Positions 13,348 through 23,655 of a DNA stretch of 64,000 bases are shown here, one piece after another. Numbering within the stretch: position 1 is the stretch's first letter; each line of letters starts with the position of its first letter. The translations under genes were made by a program, and so were the position numbers. Source of the DNA: Dimorphilus gyrociliatus (Eukaryota; Animalia; Annelida); NCBI GenBank assembly GCA_904063045.1, contig CAJFCJ010000044.1, positions 124,001 to 188,000 on the forward strand, read 5' to 3'. The notes under the pieces are model-generated. The model did not search any database. It had not been told where the DNA came from and worked only from the letters and a program-made list of their open reading frames with translations.

Positions 13348-13649
13348 TGGCTTATATACAATTCCTTATCATGATTGTTCACAACAAACACGGTCAAGGA
13401 TTATCTAATTATGCAATAGTGGTGTAAACAATAACAGATTTCTGCAGGTAAAATCTTAACGGTCAATTGTTATAGGATATTTGTGTAAATAAACATTTAC
13501 TGTTGTTGTCAACATGCCTGGTTATGTAACATTTCATCTTTTGCCTATAAAAGGAGTTGATTTTGGTACTATCAATCCTAGAGGCAGCATCTACACTAAT
13601 ACTTCTATAATTTATATCATATCTATTAACTATAACTCATAAGTGTACA
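13348..13649 (-). mobile_element. LTR-like repeat family X, longest copy, followed by a PBS-like motif
   Basis: On the minus strand it starts TGTACACTTATG and ends TATATAAGCCA (TG...CA), then TGGTAACAG (13343-13335) upstream of the gag-like remnant. Confidence 0.6.
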
Positions 13650-13661
13650 GTTGGGATTAAA

Positions 13662-13760
13662 TTTTGGCTTTACCTAACCCTAACGCAGCCCTTGACCCAC
13701 TTCTAAGAGTTTCATTCTTCCTAGCCCTAAGTCTGAACCCACCTAGTTACAAATCAATTA
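13662..13760 (-). repeat. Telomere-motif-bearing dispersed repeat family Y
   Basis: Reverse complement aligns with 57470-57565 and 45245-45330 (AATTGATTTGTAA.TAGGTG...GGGTTAGG.TAAA). Confidence 0.75.
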
Positions 13761-14311
13761 CATTCATAATTTCCCCAAGCAAAAGTCTCACTTCAAAAAT
13801 ACATCAAAATGGGCATTTTCAACAGCCCCCAGTGTTAATTATTGTTAACAAATCTATTTCCAATGTTGAAGGCAAAAGTATCTATTTAATATTGCAAATC
13901 ATTCTTCTTAGTGCAAAAATTCAGACTAAACTATCACATTGGGCTTTCACATTCAAGCTTTAGAGTTAATTATGATGAAATTGTTCCAGATTGTAATAAT
14001 AGTTCATCATTAAGAAGTAGCTATTTCCGGTTTATTTGCTCTATATTTCATCCATATGGTATTAATTATAAAACAATTAATTACAGTAAGAAAATCTTAA
14101 AAGAAATATATAAATAAAAGGTCACGTGATGTAAATTATGTTTTATTTCTTTTCTTTCTTATATTAATATGTAAAAATTGGAAAATGTGTTTACCTTTGC
14201 TAAAAGCTTTTTGTTTTTATAAATAATAAATGACATTTCTAAGCATATCATCAATGGTAGTTTTAATCTTCCATCTCTCTCTCTCAGGAAATACAAAATT
14301 TGAATTTGAAA

Positions 14312-14570
14312 ATGAATAAAACAACAAATATAACTGGCACAACTATTTTTAGTGAATTGGAAAATAAATTACTAGTTACATTGTATTTTAGTCTGTTCAC
14401 CTTGGGAATGGTACTCAGGACGCTTCTACTTTTTATTATTTTAAAAAAAAGGCATATCAATCAATCAATTGTAATATTTATTCCAACAATGACTATTGCA
14501 GATATTTGTATATTAATCTGGAATGTTGCTGAATCAAATTTATTGTTAACATTTAATCTGGAAAGTATAC
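14312..14570 (+). pseudogene. Rhodopsin-type GPCR N-terminus and TM1-TM2, truncated by a family W insertion
   Basis: MNKTTNITG (N-glyc sites), TM1 LYFSLFTLGMVLRTLLLFII, TM2 IPTMTIADICIL; sequence switches to repeat W near 14570. Confidence 0.6.
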
Positions 14571-14655
14571 ACACACCAAACCACCAGTATTTCTTCTGAA
14601 GAATATGGATTGAGTAGAATGAGGATCTAGTTCTAGACAAACAAGTTGAAACAAT
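14570..14655 (+). repeat. Unclassified repeat family W, partial copy
   Basis: ACCAGTATTTCTTCTGAAGAATATGGATTGAGTAG..TCTAGTTCTAGACAA aligns to 50840-50905. Confidence 0.55.
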
Positions 14656-15039
14656 GGTATTATTAAATGATTGATACAAACAATTTCTGTTAAGCTGAGA
14701 AGAGAATTTCAATGATTATAATAAAAAAGAGTACATTGAACATTTTTGTCAAAAAGATTTTTATTCCAATATTTAGAAAGTAATGTATTAATGCAATAAA
14801 TAGAACCATTAATGGCAATTACTTCCCACACCCTCCCCACTATCCTTGTTCAGTGGATATAGATCTTTCTGTGAAAGGAAGTATTTCAATGATAATTGCT
14901 TATCAAAAGGTAATATTGATGTGAAAGTATGTAAAAGAAAAAAAAGGGTTTGTTAAAAATTTTTTAAAATGAAAGATGATTGAACTTTTTAAATGAAAAG
15001 TTAAAATAAATTTAAAAAGTATAAAATAAAAATTTTATA

Positions 15040-15912
15040 AAAAACTCATTACTTTTTCTATAGAAGACTGTCCCATTTTCAGGAGTATATGTTAAAACAC
15101 TGTTGTTGGCATTGGATAAAATTAAATCCTCTGTAAATGATTGAAAATGTAAACAGAAAATATGATAAAAACTTTCCAATTGTAAAAACTAACAAACAGT
15201 TTGATAGAATATTACAAACTATCCTACATGTCTCCATTTGTACTGGTGTTCCAAACTTAGATTGAAAGTATACGAGATTGTCAATCAAATTTGATTGAAG
15301 AGTGTCATACTCAGAATACAAATGCTCTGTTAAAAAACTTGGTTTAGTATCCAACTATTTTAAAATAGTTTTTAGTTACCTTCAACTGTTTCATTGGCTG
15401 AAATTTAAATAATTAATTCATAGTTAGATGGTTTCAAAAGAATTTGATAAATAATAAAAAAAACTAACTACATAGTGTATTTTTTTTATAATAAACAGCA
15501 TTTACACCATTGGCAAGATTTGATATGTTACTTATTTGCTCATTTTTATGCTGCATTTATCTAATGCCTTAAAATCATTGAATGATCTAAAAAAACAAAA
15601 CAAAATATCAGAAAATATAATGATTTAATAAAATTTGTTAAAGTCTACTTACTTGCAAGTATGTAAATTACTACATAAAATTTTACAACCATTTACACCA
15701 CTGTCATAATAGTGAACTGTCATCATTGGAATATATACCATCTTTTTTTCCTCATAGCTTGAATAAGAGCAATCTTTAAAAAAAAACACTTTTCACTTGA
15801 GCACAATAATTGTAGAAATTTTACAAAACGTTAAAATTTAAATACTTTTTCCTTCAATTAGATTTGTAGAAGATATAGTAAGCATATAGAATAGTATCCC
15901 TTCAGGTAACAT
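15040..15912 (-). CDS. Secreted two-PAN-domain protein, multi-exon, possibly a pseudogene
   Basis: Signal exon MLPEGILFYMLTISSTNLIE; GCKILCSNLHTCK|SF and ETCRIVCNILSNCLLVF PAN patterns with GTAAG donors. Confidence 0.55.
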
Positions 15913-16089
15913 TCTTATAGATTTATGAGTTGCATTGGTGCTAATGAAAATATTCAATCATTTTAATTTTTTTCTTTATCCCATTGATTTTTTACAACCT
16001 ATCTATTGAGAAAAAAAGTACAATGGATAATTAATTACTGTCATGATAGACTATACAACAGGGTTGAAAGAGATAGAAAGAGTGTGTGT

Positions 16090-17900
16090 ATGTGTGTGTT
16101 TACACTAAAAATAAAAAGACATATAAAATACCAATAAAGAAACTAAGAATTGGTGTTAGAACACTAAATAGGACAAATGACTTTATCCACTCTCTACCCT
16201 TTTCATTTCTCACATGAATGTAGAAGCATATTGGAGTGGAACTCTCTTTATTCTAGAATTTATAATAATAGAAATTCTGCTTAAGTTGTAATTTGACCTA
16301 GTCTGTCATAAATTGATGGAAGAACTGACAGGAATATGGAAATTAGTATTGAAAGGCCTATAAACTTTTTAGAATGAATGGTATATATTGATTTTTTCCT
16401 GGGGTTAACAACTGCCTGACACCTTTCCAAAGCAATTAATAGTGTACTCGATATGGACAATGTCAATGAAATAGTCATCAATATTCCTAAACTCTGGCAA
16501 AGACTATTATTCCTCCGTAATTCATCATTTTCCAACTACAACAATCCAAAGTATGAATCCACTGCTGCTATCATTGAAATATAGCAAGATGTTAAAAAAT
16601 CACTAAATGTTAATTGTAAATGATAAGATTTTATATTCTTATATAGATATTGGTACATAATGATAGGACATTTCCAACTAGGCCTGCAAGACCAAATAGC
16701 CAAAATACAGATCTTATTAGATGTGAGCTAAGCATTCGTTCACAATCAAAAAATAAAAGAGAGTCCAGTAAGCAATAGATATTTTTGCCAAAGTTTTTCC
16801 AAACCAGACAACAAAATTGTTTATACCACCGTGGCAACATCTGTTTTGTTCAGAGAATTATACTTTGCGCGAACTAAAGCCTGTCTAGAATTCAAAGCAT
16901 CTAATTCTACTAAATAAGGTCTTTTTTAGGTTTGGGTTATTAATTCCATCAAAAAGTGGTTTTTTCTAATATTTCACTATTCTAATTCCTTTAAAATAAG
17001 ATCTATCTAAAGTCTTTATATTATAATTCTTTATATTATAATTCCAAAGTGCACAACCACAATCACCTTTATCAGCGCCATAATAGCAGTCACATGATCC
17101 ATAACAAATTTGTTGAATTGAAATACAATAATTATAGGTGTGGCATAGGTATTGTCCATAAGGGCAAGAGGATCTGATACAAGTTGCATTGATTAAATAT
17201 AAATTAGTTATTGGTAATCCTAAGGAGTTTTTAATAAAATAGCTTGAATCTTCACCTGGTTGAAATAAATCTCAAACATCTTTTTCATCAGAGTTACAAT
17301 CTCTTTTGCCATCATTTACTCAAGACAATGGTATGCAATGTTCTCCATAATTCATTTGAAAATTTTTATTACAACCTGAGTAAAAGTAGAGTTAATACTT
17401 CATTATAATTCATCAATAATAATTGTATTTCATACCTGTTTTATATTGTTTCAAAAGAGAATTGTTTTTAAAGCAAATCTCATCAGATCCATCAAAAACA
17501 ATTCTTTTCATTATTGCATATTTGACTTTTTGGGATACACTGATCATTTAGGCATTTTCTGTTTATTTTTTAAATTGAATCTATTTATAACAGGGAAATG
17601 GGAAACTGACTGGAATTCTCCAAAACATTTTCCATAACCTATGTTGTTTGCAATATTTAAAATGAAATCTATGTCTTTAAATAGACTGTGGATTGGAAGA
17701 AATAGGTCGAATTGTTTTTCTCCCCAATCTTTGTAATTTAAAAACAAACCACAAAGACTTTCATCAGATCCATCAGAGCAATCTTTCTCATAATTGCAAA
17801 CTCTTAAATAATCTACCTTTTCATCAACTGTTAAACAATGAAAATATAACTTCTGAAATGATTGACAATATTTTTCATCTTCATTTGTAAAACAGTCATT
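16090..17900 (-). pseudogene. GRL101-like LDLa-(LRR)-7TM receptor pseudogene
   Basis: LDLa repeats (VCNYEKDCSDGSDESLC, CPYGQYLCHTYNYCISIQQIC), hinge DCERML..WLFGLAGLVGN (TM1), TM3 CQSLG..IALERC; stops and frameshifts; most LRRs and TM6-7 missing. Confidence 0.75.
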
Positions 17901-20054
17901 ATGTCTATCACAGGCATATAGTAAATTTATATATATATATTGCTATTATAACAATAAAATATACTGAATGGTTTGTCACTTTCCTCCTTGTTAATCAGTT
18001 CAAAATCTTTTTGCCTCTTAAAAGCTGTAATAGAACAATTCATAATTATATTATTGAATTATCCTGAAAGTTTAAATTTTACTGAGAAATTGTTGGCAGA
18101 AAATTGGTGCTTTAGACGTTACATAACAACTCAACTGCTTTTGTATAATGTTGTTTATGTATTCATCTCTACACATTTAATGGAATATATAAAATGTTAC
18201 TACCATCTAATTTTAATAATAGTTAGGGCAATGTGTCTTTGAGAAACTTGAAATTCATGACTCCATTTTGCCCTAATTGCTGTTGGATCAATACAAAAAC
18301 TATTAAGATTACAAAGATCTGAATACTTACATCAAGGCATTATCAAAATCAGGAGTGTTAAAGGCAGAGCGCTGGAAATCTGTCATCTCTATTGGACTCT
18401 AGAAATTAATGAACAGTTTATGAATTAAAAGATAATATAGAAAGAAAGAAGAGACATTACAGGATAATTCATTGAAAAGCAATGTGGCTCTAAGGTACCA
18501 ACAGAAGATTTATGAGTAATGTCAATTGGATTTATCATATTTGGAAAAATATGACGGGGCTGCAAAGTAAAATAGATTTTAATATTGACTTTATTCGGCC
18601 TATTTTCCTCGCAGATGTATTTAATTAAAATGGTAAATCTATAGTTGTTCCACTAGGTGCTTCATGTTATTCCTCTTTTGAAGTAATTAGGTTCTAGATA
18701 CACTGATTAAAAAGATAACAATCTGAAAGATCATCCCCTTCCTATTATTCTAAAAAATAGTGCTTACTATATCCAATAGATGTGATATCTTCAACTACAG
18801 AGATGGGATTAAGCTCACCAAGCCAGTTATTTTTCTCAATTGGTGGTCTTTCTACTAAGGAAGCGATTAATATAGTTAGAATGAAATTTTTATTCAATAT
18901 TGATTGAGTTTCAGAATAAAAGAAATATTGAAAGCTTGTCTAACTGTAATATTTAATTTGAAATCTTCCCTCAAAATTGGTATATGTATGTTTATTGCCA
19001 AAATATAATATTCTATTTAGACTATTAAAAAATCTGAATGCTTTAATATTTTTGTTATTTTGCACAATTTATATCCATTTTTAACAATATGTTTATTTAC
19101 AAGCCACTTTTTTAGTTTCCTGACAAACTGGTTTCAAAATGGTAATATAGTTCAAACCACTTGAAAATTGTATTTTACATGCAATAAGTCTATGTCTGCT
19201 ATCCAATTCACAATCATGTAACACCGGAATCCCTTCCTATTTCAATTATACATATTTTGTTATTATCTTTGGGTGTTTGTTTGATTTCTTTTGCACTAAC
19301 CTTTGCTTTTAAATTGTCTGTATTACAGTTTGTAGCTCTTAGAAACATGGCCATAGAAGAACAAATTGCTTTGCAGTATAGAAGAGGCGAAATGCTTTGG
19401 AGAAAGAGAATATTGGTGGTATTGGTCCAAAAGTTCTGGATCTTATATAATAGGGAATGTGTACTTGTATAAATGACAATTTATATTTTCTATCTCTCTT
19501 CCTTTGTTGTATTCCACAATCTTAAAATCTGTAAATTTTAAACAAAGAATATTAACAATAAAGCTATTTTATTGAAAATGAACATAAAGCCATCAAGTTC
19601 ATTTAATGAGTAGTAAACTCTTTTGAAATCTTTTGAAATTTTATCAATAAATATTGAATAATTAATATTTTTATTTAAATTTAAATATATTTTTTGATCA
19701 TTTGAAAGTAAATTAGTGGAAGATATTGTTGTTTGAATAATAAATCTAGTTTTCCTACAAAATTCTCTTCTGCTGATCTGATGAGAGAATACTGTAGAGT
19801 ATGTTGAATTTTGAAAAAAGATTCATTGATAACTTGATTCATTTATTTGGTGACTAAACAATTCTGGAATATTTATTTTTTTAATTATTTAGGTCAATCA
19901 TTTAAAATAATAAAATGATAACAAACTATTCCTATGGCATTGTAAATGTATTGCAACTGCATTATGATTATTAGAAATTTGTCTTTTAAGGTAAAAACAA
20001 TGATTTTTTTTTAATTTTAACAATAATAGCAACTATAAATATATTATTTAAATT

Positions 20055-20297
20055 TTACAAGCAACAAAATCTAGAATCCTTATATCTTAACTTAGCAACA
20101 GTAACCATTTTATTAATAATTTTGAATGGATATGATTTTGAATGCAGTGATTTGTAACCAAGTAATTTACATATATAATTCAATTTGTCAATGTCAAAAT
20201 TATTTTCATACTGAAAAAAGAAGTTTGTCCCATTTTCAGATTGTTTAAATTTTAGAATTCCTTCAACTAATAATTCAGTTTGGCTTAGATTTTCCAA
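20055..20297 (-). CDS. Possible degenerate SRCR-like exon
   Basis: LVEGILKF...NFDIDKLNYICKLLGY resembles the EG.+E...W.....A.V.C+QLG motif; gene not reconstructed. Confidence 0.35.
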   Translation of the reverse strand: MENLSQTELLVEGILKFKQSENGTNFFFQYENNFDIDKLNYICKLLGYKSLHSKSYPFKIINKMVTVAKLRYKDSRFCCL

Positions 20298-20339
20298 TTG
20301 AAATTCTATTCTTTTATAATGCTACTGACAGACAGTATG

Positions 20340-20850
20340 ATACAAAGTGGAGAGAGGTTTTTATAGATAAGCTAGTTTTCGAATTATATTCATATTTCAA
20401 TAATTTTTAAACTCTGCCTACTCAATTTCAGGTATACATTAATCCAGCTTTAAGAATTGACGGGCAAATTGCACTTGGTAACCCTGACCACAAATTAAAC
20501 AATGAAAAGAACCAAATTGAATTTTCTAACTTTGAACTGCTTTGGAAAATTCCAAATTTCTTTTATTCCTTTACAAAAGAATTGGAAACATTTAAAATTT
20601 TATTTGTTGTCATTGATACAGAATTGATTCTTGATAAATCAAATAAAGAGGAGCAGTTGAAATTTTTAAACACAACTCTATTCAATAGCAAAGCCCATTG
20701 GAAATTTGTAGCAACTCATAACTCAATTTTCTCAACATTCGTTCATGGTAATAATATTGAATTAATTAATGATATAAGACCAATACTGATTAATAACAAT
20801 GCTGATTTCTACATTTTTGGCCATGATCACGTGTTACAGTATCTTAGTAT
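20340..20850 (+). pseudogene. Purple/tartrate-resistant acid phosphatase (ACP5-like) C-terminal part; N-terminal exons not found
   Basis: GNPDH (normally GNHDH), FVVIDT, HWKFVATHNSIFSTFVHGNN, YIFGHDHVLQY. Confidence 0.7.
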
Positions 20851-20868
20851 TATTATCCTATTTTATAG

Positions 20869-21218
20869 GAAGTGGGTTAGCAGATGGAGATCCTCATTTT
20901 CAACAATATATTTTTGACAAGTCAAGCTTAATGTCAAGGTCAATCTGTTATGATGTTACAGGCTCTCTATATAATTTTTTACATAATGCTGGTTTCTTTC
21001 ATAGGGATATTCAAATTTATGGACAATTGAAAGATTATTATTACTTTCATGAAATTTTCATGAAATCACCTTTTGGCAATATTACAATTTCAGTAGATTC
21101 TATTATTTTAGATAATAGCAAGATATTTAATTGGAGCAATAATTCAGTAAAAATCAATTTAAAATCAAAATTCTTTGAGTATGATTTATTTGAGAATGAA
21201 ATGTTTATTAAACAATGA
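20869..21218 (+). CDS. Exon resembling the ITIH heavy-chain C-terminal domain
   Basis: After acceptor TTATAG: GLADGDPHFQQY...SICYDVTG...IYGQL..YYFHEI. Confidence 0.45.
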
Positions 21219-21530
21219 AAGAATCATTTCAATTGTTTTATATAAAAAAATCAACACATTCATTAAAGGAAAAATATTTAGATATTAATATTAAACTTTT
21301 GCCAAACGATCATAAAGAAATGAACTGATTGTTTGGGGATATTGGAAAAAAACAATACACATTCTACCCTGAAGTTCAATTACTGATTAATGATAATAAT
21401 TCTAAATTTATTGCAGTTCGTATTGGATAAAAACTGAGTTTTAACTAACCATTAAAAATATTCAATTATCTGCAAAAATCGAATCAATAACTCTTCAAAA
21501 AACCTTACTTGACAATACTTTTAACAGATA

Positions 21531-22019
21531 TCATAATACAAACCAACAATTAATTGCATTACGAGACGATTGCTCAATAGAGTGCTTTCTAAATTTTAGG
21601 CCCAAATTTTTTGAGGTATCACTTAAGTTATTATTGGAAAAACAACAAATTTCTTTCAGAACATATCGCTTTAGAGAGACATTGTCGAAATAGTTGTCCT
21701 TCCAGATGCAATTGCTTAGATTGTTTTTTCGCACGACAATTGTTTGCTGTCGAAATGCTTGTCCACACAAACAATATATATAGAAATTGATCACGTGATT
21801 AGTAAAATTGAGTATGAATGTTCCTTCATAAATGGTTTTTGCAGTTGAATTAGAATAGTATTTTTTTCCTCTTATAATGATCAAGATAGATAATATATTG
21901 AAAGGAATTCCAATTATTTGACTATAAGGTAGAACAAAGTACGAAAATAATCTACTAGCAACAAATTCATTTTCACTTTCCAAATCTATTGTTGAATTAT
22001 TTGTAAAATTTGAAGACAT
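21531..22019 (-). pseudogene. Peptide-receptor-like class A GPCR ORF with TM2-TM6 deleted in frame
   Basis: N-terminus and TM1 (IIGIPFNILSILII) joined to TM7/H8 (NHVINFYIYCLCGQAFRQ). Confidence 0.65.
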
Positions 22020-22314
22020 ATTATTATCTTTTTCTTTCTTTCTTTCAATCCTTTAAATTGGCAGAGACTGTCATGCCAAATTGATTTTTTTGTTTTTAAT
22101 TTTGCTTTTTTATTTTGTAATTTTTCAAAATTTTTCTAGTACAAAGTCTAAAAATATTACAAAATCAATATAAATTGTATTATTTTTTTTTCACCTTATT
22201 AATTAACTGTAATTACCTGACTAATTAACTTGGCTACAATATGATTATTGTTTAAGTCTATTTTGAAAAACTTCTATAACAGAGTTTGCTAGTTCAAAGG
22301 TCCATTGGTGTAAA

Positions 22315-22581
22315 ATGTCCAGATATATTTCAAAAGAGACAGAGACAGAGATAAAGTTTTCAACACTTTCTACTCTCTTTGGATATATATACAGGTATTT
22401 AAATCTCCATTTACTGGAATATTCTGCAATAGTTTTATTCTATTTCTCTTATGGAAGATATGAAAGTGTTAGAGATATAGTTGTACTATTTATACCTTCA
22501 ATATTAACAATTGAACACCATCACTTTGGATCAAGTAGTTATCTTTTTATATACCTTGGTCTATTTCTACCAGTTTTCTAA
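22315..22581 (+). pseudogene. Class A GPCR fragment around TM3-TM4
   Basis: YSAIVLFYFSYGRYESV resembles S..+L..+S+ERY..V; no flanking helices found. Confidence 0.4.
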
Positions 22582-23064
22582 AATGCATTTATTGTATTCA
22601 ACCAGTATTACAAAACAGAATGATTGAATATATTTTTATACAAAGAATGAGAATTTGCATCTTATTATCTAATGTGTGACAGTTTGAAATAAGGTCATGT
22701 GACCAACACATCATATTATACAGTATTTATATAATATACTTTGGAGTTTACCTCTGATATTCTGCCTAGTTCAGATTTATCTTTAATAACATGATGTTAC
22801 AAGGGCAAATTGAGCTATAACTGGGCCACAGCTTAGGAGGACCATTAGAATTATAACATAGCAAAGGTGTCTTAACAATATTAATGTAGATACAAACTGC
22901 ATTGGAGGTAGATTAATCAGAGATTTAATGATTAATTTTGATATAAACTGTATTTTAAGGAAATATATTTAAAAATGTTTTGTCTGTTAGAAATTGGTGC
23001 ATTTATTATTTAATAACATTTAAAATTTTCCATTGCTTTCTCTCTCTCTCTCTCGCTATCTCTC

Positions 23065-23430
23065 TGTGCTGCAGTGGCACATGTTGGTCATGTGATGTTG
23101 ATCTCATCATTGTATTCTATATGTGTCATAAAATAGTCTTTCATATTTTTATTACTTGTGGATTATAAGACTGCTACATTTTGCCCTCCTAATCCTTTCA
23201 CCAATTCAACCCAAGCTTTGGGAAATGTATAAAAGGAAATACATTTCCCCAGCTTAGTTCAGTTCTTTCACCGTTAGCTGGTTGTTTAAACTTAGTTGTT
23301 TAGAACCAGAAACTCATTTACTCAATACATAACCTTTGGATGAAATACTGCTGTTTTGTTGTTTAATTTCTATTAAAATACATTTGTTAATACTGATTGT
23401 GGATGAACTTAAAAGGTTCTATTTGTTGGA
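23065..23430 (-). repeat. Unclassified repeat family W
   Basis: Reverse complement of 50770-51125 with long matching blocks (CCCAAGCTTTG..AAATGTATAAAAGGAAATACATTTCCCCAGCTT). Confidence 0.8.
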
Positions 23431-23655
23431 ACTATAAACCTGGGAAAACACTTTATGTTATCATACAAAATATTTGTTTGAGTATTGTTGTTTCAATGGT
23501 ATGATCAGCTTTTTCAACTATATTACCAGAAGAAGAAAACAAAGAGAAGAAACTGCTACCCCAAGTGAGGGCACAGATAACTCTCCTGAAAATCCAAAAC
23601 TAATGAAACAAAGTTGTAGCTCAACATCAAACTAATGAAGAGAAACAGCCACCTG

